Below, one piece after another: positions 19,546 to 29,000 of a stretch of DNA of 43,997 bases; position 1 is the stretch's first letter, and every line of letters starts with the position of its first letter. The notes beneath the pieces are model-generated. The model did no database searches. It worked only from the letters and a program-made list of their open reading frames with translations, and had not been told where the DNA came from. The stretch comes from Myxococcota bacterium (GTDB lineage: Bacteria; Myxococcota_A; UBA796; GCA-2862545). The translations under genes and the position numbers were made by a program. The stretch lies in contig JBCCQY010000067.1 in the NCBI GenBank assembly GCA_039208735.1, forward strand, positions 1 through 43,997. The letters run 5' to 3'.

Positions 19546-21302
19546 TCCGGGTGCTCGCCATAGGTCCAGACGACGCGTTTCCGAAGGGCTTGGGAACCCA
19601 GGCGCTCGGTCACCCCGTCGGGCCACACGACCTCGACCTCAACAATGCGGTCCGCGTCACCCAGACCAAACAGGAGTTCGAGGCCTTCGTTAGCCGCAAA
19701 GCCAGATCCTCCGTGAATCCACCGTCGCTGCATCCATCGCGCACCATCGTGGTCACGTTCGACGGTCACGGAGACGCGTGCCCCAATCGCGGAGCGGTTG
19801 ACCCGAACCCCATCGCCGACCAGCGTGAGGTGCCACCAGGACGGCTCGACCTCGTACTCGAACGTGAACAGCCGGTTGGGCTCTCGCACGATGTCGGACA
19901 TCCGACCGGGACCGCCGTTGTTCACCGCGAGTTCTGGAATCCCGTCCTGGTCGAAGTCCAAGATGAGCGAGCCGTGGGTTCGGTAGGGGTAGGGCGCCGC
20001 GTTGATGCCCTCAGGCTCGACGGAGGGGACGTCGACCAGATGATCGGCGTTTCGGAACTGAGGCACCGCGAGGGACACGCCATCGACCTCGATCTCACGT
20101 AGCTCACCGGTCGACAGGTAGAGCGCGTTGCGGGTGCCATTGGCCGGCGTGCCGTTGCCCACGAAGACGTCGGGAATGCCGTCGAGGTTGAGGTCGCCCA
20201 CCTGGGAACCCATCACCCCATCGCCTCGGGCCCGACCATCCCAATTCACGAAGGGCTGATTGAGCCCGGTTTCTTCGGTGAGGTCGACGAACCCACGCCC
20301 TTCGACATTGAGGAAGAGGATGTGACCGGACCGATGGGGGCTCTCTTCAGGATCGTAGGGCCGCACAAAGGCGACCAGATCTTCGTAGCCATCGCGATTG
20401 AAGTCGGCCGCCGCCGAAGAAAACGAGCGTTCGGGGTAGCGAAGGTCAGTTCCCGCAAGCGAGACCTCTGCCGTCGCATCGACGAATGAAAGGGTGCCGG
20501 TTTCGGCCAGCTGATTGACGAAGAAGTGATTGTCGGCCGTGAAATTGTTCTCGAACAGGTCGAAGTCCCCATCGAGATCGAAGTCGAGCCAGGTCGAGTT
20601 CATCGTCTTGAGTTCAGTGGTGAACCCGACGTCCTGACCTACCTGCGTGAACGTGCCATCCCCCTGATTACGCCACAGCAGGTTTTTCGCCCGCCAGACT
20701 TCGGGATCCGACGACCCGAGCACCCAAAAGCTGTTCACGAAGATGTCGAGCCAGCCGTCGGCGTCGGCGTCAACAAGGTTTGCACCGGTACTTGTCCACG
20801 GCGCGGGAGCTTGATCGATCCATCGCGGCCCTTCGATGCCCGCGGTCCGCGACCGGTTCACAAAGGACCAAGCGCCTTCATTTTCGAGCAGTTGATCGTG
20901 CTCGACCGCCTCGTTGCCTCCCGCCGCGATGAAGACGTCAACGTCACCGTCGTTGTCGAGATCGCCCGTTGCACCACCCCACGCGAGCGCCCCTTCGGCG
21001 AGAACTGGGCCGGGCTCGAAGGAGAGCCGACCGGTTTCGCCGGACGTATTACGCAGAATGTAGGAGGTATCTCCTGGATTGCCCAGGTAGACATCCGTGA
21101 AGCCGTCGCCATCGTAGTCGGCGCCCAAGGTGGCGCGCCCACGCTGGTGATGACCGAACACCGTGTCCTGGAACCCGGCCTCCAGCGCAACGTCGGTGAC
21201 CGAAAGAGGCCAAGCGCCTGGTGTTGCGACCACCGGCGGGCCATCCGGAGTGCCGGGTGGGGATGACTGACAACCGAGCAACAAGGCGAGGAACATCAAC
21301 AT
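19542..21302 (-). CDS. CRTAC1-like FG-GAP repeat / ASPIC-UnbV lipoprotein
   Basis: Lipobox LLLGC; repeated DxDxDG.xD motifs (DYDGDGFTD, DLDNDGDVD, DADADGWLD, DFDLDGDFD, DFNRDGYED, DLNLDGIPD, DFDQDGIPE); C-terminal NRSAIGARV...FGLG...VEVVWPDG. Real start about 21302 (GGAG RBS), not 22553. Confidence 0.88.
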   Translation of the reverse strand: MLMFLALLLGCQSSPPGTPDGPPVVATPGAWPLSVTDVALEAGFQDTVFGHHQRGRATLGADYDGDGFTDVYLGNPGDTSYILRNTSGETGRLSFEPGPVLAEGALAWGGATGDLDNDGDVDVFIAAGGNEAVEHDQLLENEGAWSFVNRSRTAGIEGPRWIDQAPAPWTSTGANLVDADADGWLDIFVNSFWVLGSSDPEVWRAKNLLWRNQGDGTFTQVGQDVGFTTELKTMNSTWLDFDLDGDFDLFENNFTADNHFFVNQLAETGTLSFVDATAEVSLAGTDLRYPERSFSSAAADFNRDGYEDLVAFVRPYDPEESPHRSGHILFLNVEGRGFVDLTEETGLNQPFVNWDGRARGDGVMGSQVGDLNLDGIPDVFVGNGTPANGTRNALYLSTGELREIEVDGVSLAVPQFRNADHLVDVPSVEPEGINAAPYPYRTHGSLILDFDQDGIPELAVNNGGPGRMSDIVREPNRLFTFEYEVEPSWWHLTLVGDGVRVNRSAIGARVSVTVERDHDGARWMQRRWIHGGSGFAANEGLELLFGLGDADRIVEVEVVWPDGVTERLGSQALRKRVVWTYGEHPE

Positions 21303-21371
21303 GACTCCAGGTGTAGCTGCTCGGTCGACGACCCGCATCGATAAGGTCGCCACAGCACCTGGAGGCTCTGC

Positions 21372-21848
21372 ATGACCTGGCTGCTCGCCGGACTCGCCAT
21401 CGCTCAAACCGCGCCCTGCGATGACCCGCCCCCCGAGGTCGTGAAGTGCACCGCCGAAACCAAGGCCGATGCGAACCGGACCGTCGATCTCGCGAGCTTG
21501 CTGGGTTCCCCCACGCCTCCCAACCCCCAACCGGCATGCCAACGGACCACCGTGACGGTGGTAACGGGAAGTCCGTTGGGCGTGACGGATCGCCTCGCGG
21601 AACTCGATGACGCCTTTGAACGGTGCGCGACCGAGGCGCAAGCCCGCACGCCTAAACTCATCGGAACCGCCCGTTTCACGTTGACCATCGACGCCATGGG
21701 ACGGGTTCGAGACGTCGGCACGGCCCGCTCGACCCTCAACGACAAGGCCTTGCCCGACTGTCTCGAAGAGACCCTGACCACGGCGAAATTCACCGCGTCG
21801 CCGAGGCTGGTCCGGCTCGAAGTGGCTTGCACACCCCCCCGCAGCTGA
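21372..21848 (+). CDS. Secreted protein with an AgmX/PglI-type (TonB-C-like) C-terminal domain
   Basis: Signal peptide, GGAGG RBS, pattern C......R.PKL.G...FTLTIDAMGRV......STLND..L..CL... Confidence 0.6.
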   Translation: MTWLLAGLAIAQTAPCDDPPPEVVKCTAETKADANRTVDLASLLGSPTPPNPQPACQRTTVTVVTGSPLGVTDRLAELDDAFERCATEAQARTPKLIGTARFTLTIDAMGRVRDVGTARSTLNDKALPDCLEETLTTAKFTASPRLVRLEVACTPPRS

Positions 21849-21851
21849 CCT

Positions 21852-22529
21852 GTGCGCTCCGCGATGGCTCCCCTTCGATGGACGCTGGTGCCTCGCGAGG
21901 TCGAGGTCGAAGGGCACACCTACAGCTTTGATGCACTGCCCTCCTTTGAGGAGGCTTCGGCCGAGGCCTATCGACAACTGAATGACTGGGGCACCGAGGC
22001 CGAACGGGTCGACCTCTCGCCCATGTTCGGCGTGATCTGGGGTTCGGCCCGCGTGCTCGCCAAACGGTTGCATCACACCGAACTCGAAGGCATCGAGGCC
22101 CTTGAGCTGGGGTGTGGCCTCGCCCTGCCCGCGTGGGTGGCCGGTCGCCAAGGGGCACGCGTTCTCGCGACCGACCAGCACCCCGACACCGGCACCCTCC
22201 TGGAGCGAAACCTTGCGAAGAATGGGCTGCAAGACTGCGTTCGATACGCAAACTTCGACTGGCGGAAGCCTGGACAGTGGCCCCGCTTCGACCGAGTCTG
22301 GGCAAGCGACGTGCTGTTCAGCCATGAACTCCCCGAACTTGTGGCCCAAACCTTCGCGCGAACCCTTTCCCCAGAGGGCATCGGTTGGCTGACCGACCCT
22401 GGGCGGACCTACTTGCCCGAATTGGAAGCGGCCGCGGTCGCCGCAGGATTCAACGTGGATGTCGACGTGGATGACGATGGCGCAGACACCGAAGCGTTCG
22501 TGGTCACGCTGACCTGGTCGAAGTCGTGA
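21852..22529 (+). CDS. Methyltransf_16-type (protein lysine) SAM methyltransferase
   Basis: PMFGVIWGSARVLA, LELGCGLALP, ATD, FDW, FDRVWASDVLF, DPGR; start 21852 or 21864. Confidence 0.85.
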   Translation: MRSAMAPLRWTLVPREVEVEGHTYSFDALPSFEEASAEAYRQLNDWGTEAERVDLSPMFGVIWGSARVLAKRLHHTELEGIEALELGCGLALPAWVAGRQGARVLATDQHPDTGTLLERNLAKNGLQDCVRYANFDWRKPGQWPRFDRVWASDVLFSHELPELVAQTFARTLSPEGIGWLTDPGRTYLPELEAAAVAAGFNVDVDVDDDGADTEAFVVTLTWSKS

Positions 22530-22996
22530 ATCCAGCTCTGAAACGCTGCACACCGCGGGTCCAACGTGCCTTCTGTGGCGACTCGTTCAAAGCACAGACC
22601 CGCGACGGCGAGCAAGGGAACACAGCGAACGTCGCGCGCCGACTCACCGGCGTAGCAGGCCGCACGATAGCCTTCGAACGACCACCGCTCCTTCGCCACC
22701 GCTTGAACAAACGCCGTTTGTACCTCGACCAAGTCGCACTGAAGCGCAAGGTAGCGAACCGTGCGCAACGCGGACGAATCTGGCTTGAGTTCGGCCACCG
22801 CTCGGGTCAACGCACCGGTGTCTGCACCGACGACCTCACATCCATCGGTCGAGGGCCACGCCACCATGATGGTGCGGGCCCAGGCCTCCCATCGCTCCTC
22901 TTGGGTCGGCATGGCGGACCGGGGCACCTCGGCGAGGGGTGCCATGGCACATCCCATCCCCAGCAGGACGAGTGGATAGATGGCTTGGCTCAACAT
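22409..22996 (-). CDS. Hypothetical Cys-rich lipoprotein
   Basis: Strong RBS AAGGAGG before ATG 22996; hydrophobic N-terminus with LGMGC; six further Cys; 3' end overlaps the convergent methyltransferase by 121 bp. Confidence 0.55.
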   Translation of the reverse strand: MLSQAIYPLVLLGMGCAMAPLAEVPRSAMPTQEERWEAWARTIMVAWPSTDGCEVVGADTGALTRAVAELKPDSSALRTVRYLALQCDLVEVQTAFVQAVAKERWSFEGYRAACYAGESARDVRCVPLLAVAGLCFERVATEGTLDPRCAAFQSWIHDFDQVSVTTNASVSAPSSSTSTSTLNPAATAAASNSGK

Positions 22997-23151
22997 GGCG
23001 CCCTCCTTGGTATCGAACCCCTCGGGTGCGCCCCTCAACCGAGGCTGTGCAACGCGCGGCGACGAACGCACCCGCAGGGTCGCCGTCCCGTGTTCAAGCC
23101 TTGGGCCATGACCGAGGGATGGACCAACCTCCGCAATCCAGCTCTTGGGGT

Positions 23152-23189
23152 GACGGATGTCCGTCGAATCGACGACAGTCGTCGGTTCG
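23152..23189. promoter_or_regulatory. Tandem dyad-symmetry elements (candidate operator or RNA hairpins) upstream of the nucleotidyltransferase operon
   Basis: GACGGA-tg-TCCGTC (23152-23165) abutting CGAATCGACGAC-a-GTCGTCGGTTCG (23165-23189, 11/12 match), just upstream of the GGGAG RBS. Confidence 0.35.
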
Positions 23190-23205
23190 CGGCGGGAGAG
23201 ATTCC

Positions 23206-24363
23206 ATGATCGACCTCAACACGCGCACGGTCTTGTTGGTGATCGGGGGGAGTCGTGCGTACGGGCTCCACCGTTCGACGTCCGACGTCGATGTCAAAGG
23301 CGCCTGCGTTCCTCCTCGGGCCACCGTAATGGGGCTCTTTGAACGGTTCGAGCAGGTCGACGATGCCCGCGCCCTGGGACCCGTCGCCGCCTGGCTAAGC
23401 CCGGAGGAACGCAACGTTGGCAAGGTCGAAGGGGCCATCTACGACGCACGCAAGGTTCTTCGACTTGCCACTTACGCAAATCCAAACATCCTCGATCTGT
23501 TGTTCTGTCGCGAAGATGAAATCCGTCATGCAACAGATCTAGGAACGGCAATTCGCGAGATTCGGCATCTGTTCATCACCCAAAAGACCCAGGCCACCTT
23601 TGCCGGATACGCTCATGCTCAACTGAAGCGCATCCGCAACCACCGTTCTTGGCTCCTCCATCCGCCCCGAACCCAACCGACGCGCGCGGCCTTTGGGCTT
23701 CCGGAGGTTGCGGTGGTGCCAAAGGCCCAACGGGACGCCGCGCAGGCCGCCATCACGAAGCAGCTGGACGCCTGGAAGATCGACCTCGAAGGCCTCGACG
23801 AATCTCACAAGATTGAGGTGAAAACTGCGATGGCGGAGGTGCTAGGTTCGATCACCTCGGCGCTGGGGTACGGCACCGACCCGGAAGAGGGGCCCTGGAT
23901 CGCCGCCGCGCGCACGGTTGGCCTCGACGACAATCTCATCGAGGCCTTGCGCGCCGAACGGGCCTTTCGTTCCGCCCAGCAGCACTTTTCGAACTACCAG
24001 CGATGGACGAAGGAACGAAACCCTGCGCGGGCCGCCCTCGAAGCCACGCATGGCTACGACACCAAGCACGGCTCGCATTTGGTGCGACTGCTTCGTATGG
24101 CAGGCGAAATCATTGAAACAGGCAAAGTCCATGTCTGGCGCGGTCCGAGCCCCGATGGGCCCGCCGATCATGAAGAACTCCGAGCGATTCGGTCCGGAGC
24201 GTGGTCATTCGATGAACTCATCGAATGGTCCGATGCGCAGACGAAGCGGCTCCGCATCGTGGTCGAGCAGGGGAAGTCCGTGGTCCCCGCCGGGCCAGAT
24301 CGTGCCGCCATCGACGCGTTTGCCCAAGCGTGGCTCACTCGCGCGTTGTCCGAGCATCCATGA
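23206..24363 (+). CDS. RlaP / Nuc-transf-like DNA polymerase beta superfamily nucleotidyltransferase
   Basis: GS...DxD motif (GGSRAYGLHRSTSDVDVKG), NPNILDLLF, TFAGYAHAQL, GYDTKHGSHLVRLL, L.AIRSG; GGGAG RBS before ATG 23206. Confidence 0.85.
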   Translation: MIDLNTRTVLLVIGGSRAYGLHRSTSDVDVKGACVPPRATVMGLFERFEQVDDARALGPVAAWLSPEERNVGKVEGAIYDARKVLRLATYANPNILDLLFCREDEIRHATDLGTAIREIRHLFITQKTQATFAGYAHAQLKRIRNHRSWLLHPPRTQPTRAAFGLPEVAVVPKAQRDAAQAAITKQLDAWKIDLEGLDESHKIEVKTAMAEVLGSITSALGYGTDPEEGPWIAAARTVGLDDNLIEALRAERAFRSAQQHFSNYQRWTKERNPARAALEATHGYDTKHGSHLVRLLRMAGEIIETGKVHVWRGPSPDGPADHEELRAIRSGAWSFDELIEWSDAQTKRLRIVVEQGKSVVPAGPDRAAIDAFAQAWLTRALSEHP

Positions 24364-25217
24364 GGTTCATTCTCACAAGCTACAATGTCCGCTACTTCAG
24401 CCAGGCGAGCCATGGTCTTCACGCGGGACGCCGTACGATGCGTGGAATTGCCGAGGCTCTTGCCGAGCAATTTCCTGATGTGGTGGCCTTGCAGGAAGTG
24501 GAGTCCCAGTCGCTGCGGGGTGGTTTTGGGCACGGGCCACAACTCTCAAGGTTCGTCAGCCACTTTCGTGACGTCACGGGTGAGTCTGGATGGACGGCCC
24601 ACTACGTGCCCGTTCATCGCTATGGGGTAGGCACGCTGGCGCTCTACACGACGGGCCTCGGCGTGTTGGTTGGCCCGCGCTTTACCGCCGGCCAGCCGTA
24701 CAGTACCGATGTCACCCATGTGCGGTGGCCCATCGCGCGGCCCTTGAAGCAGCGGCGCCGGGTCATGATTCTGCCCCTCCAGGCCGCGGACGGTGCACGC
24801 GTCACCGTCGCCAATGTTCACCTGTCACTCCCCGCCTTCTTCGAAGGAACCCCATGGACCGTCATCGAACGGATGGGCGAGGGCAGCAACCAGCGTCGCG
24901 AAGCAACTCAGCTCGTCGACGCCTTGACCCCGATGCCCGATCCCGCCGTGCTGTGTGGCGACCTCAACGCCGCCCCGCGGTCTCCGGTCATCGACCAGCT
25001 GTGCGCCTCAGGGTGGCATCATGAAACGGCAGAAACGCCACCAACGGCGGTCTTTTTTCACCGCACGATGGCCATTGACCACCTGTTTACGTCTCCTTCC
25101 GTCAGGGTGGAGCGACTGCATGTGCCCCGTATTCAAGCTTCCAACTGGTCCAAGCTGTCAGACCACGCTCCCATCACCGCCACCCTCGAGGTGGGGCATG
25201 GCGCATCGTTCCGATAG
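24360..25217 (+). CDS. Endonuclease/exonuclease/phosphatase (EEP) family protein
   Basis: SYNV, DVVALQEV, NVHL, CGDLN, IDHLF, LSDHAP; ATGA overlap with the nucleotidyltransferase stop. Confidence 0.9.
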   Translation: MRFILTSYNVRYFSQASHGLHAGRRTMRGIAEALAEQFPDVVALQEVESQSLRGGFGHGPQLSRFVSHFRDVTGESGWTAHYVPVHRYGVGTLALYTTGLGVLVGPRFTAGQPYSTDVTHVRWPIARPLKQRRRVMILPLQAADGARVTVANVHLSLPAFFEGTPWTVIERMGEGSNQRREATQLVDALTPMPDPAVLCGDLNAAPRSPVIDQLCASGWHHETAETPPTAVFFHRTMAIDHLFTSPSVRVERLHVPRIQASNWSKLSDHAPITATLEVGHGASFR

Positions 25218-25226
25218 GGGTCGATC

Positions 25227-25829
25227 ATGGTACGCCTTGCCCATCTCGCTGACGCCGCTGCCCTCGCCCGCATCGAATCGCGGTCCTGGCGGTCTGCGTA
25301 TGCCTCGCTGCTCCCCGAGGTCCGACTCGCCGAACTCGAACCCGAAGCTCGGGTGTCGCACTGGCGGGCTCGGCTTCGCAAGAACGGTCGAGGCCGGGCG
25401 CTCTACGTGGCGGAACGACCCGCGTGGTCAGGCATTCCGGTTGGCTACACGAGCGTCGGAGCCGCCGATCACCCAGACCTCGAACCCGGGTTCGCAGGCG
25501 AGGTGTTCGAACTGTACGTCGATCCGGAACATCAGGGCCAAGGGGTCGGCACCGAGCTGCTCGATGCAGCACGCGATGCGCTCCGTCAGATGGGGTTCGG
25601 CTGGATGGTGCTGGAGGTGCTCGCGGATAACGCCGGCGCACGCCGGTTCTACACCGCTCGCGGCCTGGCCACCGAAGGCCGTACCCGTCGTCGTCCCAGC
25701 CGAGACTCGGGGCCTGGCGGACTGCGCTTCAGCCAGCCCCGATCCGCGGTGCAAGTCGTGCGATACGAAGCGTCGCTGTGGGAGCTGGATGTGAGCGTTC
25801 TTCGAGGGCCCGCGCGAAACGCGACGTAA
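25227..25829 (+). CDS. GNAT family N-acetyltransferase
   Basis: SWRSAY..LLP, ELYVDPEHQGQGVGTELL (acetyl-CoA motif A), LEVLADNAGARRFY..G; 9 bp after the EEP gene. Confidence 0.9.
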   Translation: MVRLAHLADAAALARIESRSWRSAYASLLPEVRLAELEPEARVSHWRARLRKNGRGRALYVAERPAWSGIPVGYTSVGAADHPDLEPGFAGEVFELYVDPEHQGQGVGTELLDAARDALRQMGFGWMVLEVLADNAGARRFYTARGLATEGRTRRRPSRDSGPGGLRFSQPRSAVQVVRYEASLWELDVSVLRGPARNAT

Positions 25830-25920
25830 CGAAACCGTTACGTGCACCACGGATCGATAAAGACTCATGGGTCAAATGCGTCGAGAATGTAAACTCGGCC
25901 ACACGCCCATAAGTCAATCT

Positions 25921-25935
25921 GAACTTTTAAAGTTC
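25921..25935. promoter_or_regulatory. Perfect palindrome GAACTTT-t-AAAGTTC in an AT-richer intergenic region
   Basis: 7-bp arms with a 1-nt spacer, about 95 bp upstream of the large lipoprotein start; the left arm also resembles an ECF sigma -35 (GAACTT). Confidence 0.4.
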
Positions 25936-26030
25936 CGGATTCCTTGAATCACATTCGAGGAAATTCGCGTCCGCTGACTTCCCTAAGGGTGGCACCTCTT
26001 CTACCGTTTGGCGAATCTTCGGAGGCAGAG

Positions 26031-29000
26031 ATGAGGACGATGCTGCTCACGCTAATGGCGGGTGGAGGCCTGCTTGCGTGTACGGGCGACGACCCCAAAG
26101 ATGAAAGCGGTATAGAGGCAGACGCCGATGCGGACGCAGACGCGGACGGTGACACCGACGCGGATACCGACGGTGACACCGATGCAGATACGGATGGTGA
26201 CACCGACGCGGATACCGACGGCGACACGGACAGCGACACCGATACCGACACCGGACCGGTGCTGCTGACCTGCCCGCACAACACGATCAATGGCCCGGGC
26301 GTCTACCAGGCCAACATCACCATGCATGCGGACGAGCTGACCCCCAGCTGCGGCTCGGGCACCTCGCTTCAGGAAGCCACGTGGGAGTTCACGCCCGCGA
26401 TGGATGGCATTTACGTCTTCGATACGGCAGGAACGGCTTTCAACACCGTGCTGACCGTGCTCGATGGTTGCCAGGGCGCAGAGCTCGGTTGCAACGATGA
26501 CTTCGACCTGACGCTACAGTCGCGGCTCCAGGTTGAGCTGACCGGCGGCGTCAGCTACATCATCGCCGTCGATACCTTCGACGACCAGGTGATGATCGGT
26601 GCCGGCGGCGTCACGATGGAAGTCATCGAAGTCTTCCCTGAAATCTGTGACAACGGCATGGACGACAATGCCGACGGGTTGGAAGACTGTTTCGACCCCG
26701 GTTGCTTCTTCGACCCCCTCTGTTGTCCGACCGAAGCTCCCGCGATGGATGGCTTGAATACCGGAAACCTGACCGGGAACCCCAGCGCCTCGGACGGGCT
26801 TTGCTCCTTCGGCGTGGACGGCCCGGATGCCACCTTCGAGTTCACGCCAACGGTCACTGGCATTTACCGACTCGACACAAACGGCACCTCGTTCGACACG
26901 GTCCTCTATGTGTCGGACTCGTGCGGCGGCGCCGAACTCGCCTGTGACGACGACGGCGGCGATGGTCTGCAGTCCCTGCTCGACGTGGTGTTGACGGCGG
27001 GCGTCACCTACATCGTCAACGTCGATGCGTACTCGTCCTTCACCAACATCGGCACGGGCGACTTCAACCTCAACATCGTCGAAATCCCACCGGAGATCTG
27101 CGACGATGGTGTCGACAACGACATCGACGGACTCCTCGATTGCGCCGACTTCGATTGCGCCGGCGACCCCAACTGCCTCGTCGAAATCTGCAACGACTAC
27201 CTGGACAACGACGCCGACGGCATCATTGACTGCCTCGACCCCGACTGCGCGGCCGACCCCATCTGTGGGGCGGAAATCTGCGACGACAACTTCGACAACG
27301 ACGTCGACGGCCTCCTCGACTGCGCCGACTTCGACTGCGCGGGTGACCCCAACTGCCTCGTTGAGTTCTGCGATGACGGTGGTGACAACGATGCCGACGG
27401 CCTCATCGATTGCTTCGACCCCGACTGCGCGGCCGACAAGATCTGCGGCCCAGAAGTGTGCGATGACGGTGTCGACAACGATGCGAACGGCCTTCTCGAC
27501 TGCCAGGACACGGCGGCCTGCGAAGCCGATGCCGCCTGCTGCCCTGTCAACGTCATCAACGGACCCGGCACCTATACGGCCGTGCTGACGGACGCCGCGA
27601 ACGTCAATGAGCCGAGCTGCGGGGGCAACGGCGGCCCCGACACAAGCTGGGAGTTCACCCCGGCCAACTCCGGCACCTACATCCTGTCGACCGACGGCAG
27701 CGTGTTCGACACGGTCCTCACCGTGGATGACGGCTGTGGCGGCGCGGAACTCGCCTGCGACGACGATGGCGGCAACGGCACCCAGTCGAACCTGACCACC
27801 AACCTGACGGCGGGCGTCACCTACGTCATCCATGTCGATGCGTTCAGCACCTACACCAACCTGGGCACTGGCGACATCACCCTCGACGTCATCGAGCTGG
27901 CTCCCGAAATCTGCGACGACGGAGTCGACAACAGCGGCAGCGGCCTGGTCGACTGCCTCGACACGATTGGCTGTGGCGCCGACCCACTGTGCTGCCCGGT
28001 CAACCTCGCGGCCGCCGGCCCCGGCACCTACACCGCGGTCTTGCCCCTCAACTCCAACGTCAACGAGCCCACGTGCGCCGGCAACGAAGGGTTTGACACC
28101 AGCTGGGAGTTCACGCCCGCCGTGGATGGCGACTACATCTTCGACACGGCCGGCAGCGTCTTCGACACGGCCGTCTCGATCCGTGAGGGTTGCGGTGGCG
28201 CCGAACTCGCCTGCGCCTCGGTCTACGGTGGCCAGGCTCAGGTGTCGGCCAGCCTCACGGGCGGTGTGACCTACATCATCCATGTGGATGCGTTCAGCAG
28301 CTACACCACCATTGGCACCGGCGATGTGACCCTCGAGATCATCCTCCTGGCCCCTGAGGTCTGCGACGACGGCGTCGACAACAGCGGCAATGGACTCATC
28401 GACTGCCTTGATCCTTTGGGCTGCGCCGCCGATGCGCTCTGCTGCCCCATCAACTCGACCAACGGACTTGGCGTGTACCAGGCCATCGTGGGCCAGACGT
28501 CCAACGTCAATGAGCCCCAGGCGTGCGGCGGCAGCGGCGGGTTCGACACCAGCTTCGACTTCACGCCTCCGGCCGATGGCGACTACATCTTCAGCACCGC
28601 CGGCAGCGTGTTCGATACCGTGCTCACGATCAACGATGCGTGTGGCGGCACGGAACTCGAATGCGACGACGACGGCGGTCCAGGCCTCCAGTCGGAACTC
28701 GTGGCGACGCTGGTGGGCGGCCAGACCTACATCGTGCAGGTGGATGCCTTCAGCAGCTTCACCAACCTGGGCAACGGCGATGTGACGCTCACGGTCGTCG
28801 AGGTCGCAGGCTTCGAGCAGGACTGCTTCGACGGCATCGACGAAGACCAGGACGGCGATGTCGACTGCGACGACAGCGACTGCACCTACACCTCGGGCTG
28901 CTTCGAGGTCTGCAACGACGGCATCGACAACAACAACGACACGCTGATCGACTGCTTCGACCCGGGCTGCGCAGTTGACGCGGCCTGCTGCCCCGTCCAG

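Noticed and set aside
21303..22553. N-terminal 417 aa of the 1003-aa ORF
   Set aside because: Antisense to two credible plus-strand genes; the real protein starts at the lipoprotein signal near 21302.
23009..23020. GGGTTCGATACC on the minus strand as a tRNA/Y-RNA T-loop near the RlaP-like gene
   Set aside because: Only 2 bp of T-stem pair, no cloverleaf can be built, and it directly precedes the RBS of the lipoprotein gene.
25990..26005. TGGCAC as a sigma-54 promoter for the large lipoprotein
   Set aside because: The -12 position reads AC rather than GC (TGGCACCTCTTCTACC).
26514..28283. 589-aa minus-strand ORF, and similar long antisense ORFs (e.g. 4842-6218, 13350-14390, 2749-3771)
   Set aside because: Shadow frames of real high-GC genes on the opposite strand; no motifs.
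26121..29000. Repeats as a CRISPR array or a DGR template/variable pair
   Set aside because: All repeats are in-frame coding units with synonymous variation; no constant repeat/unique spacer pattern, no cas or reverse transcriptase gene, no adenine-specific divergence noticed.
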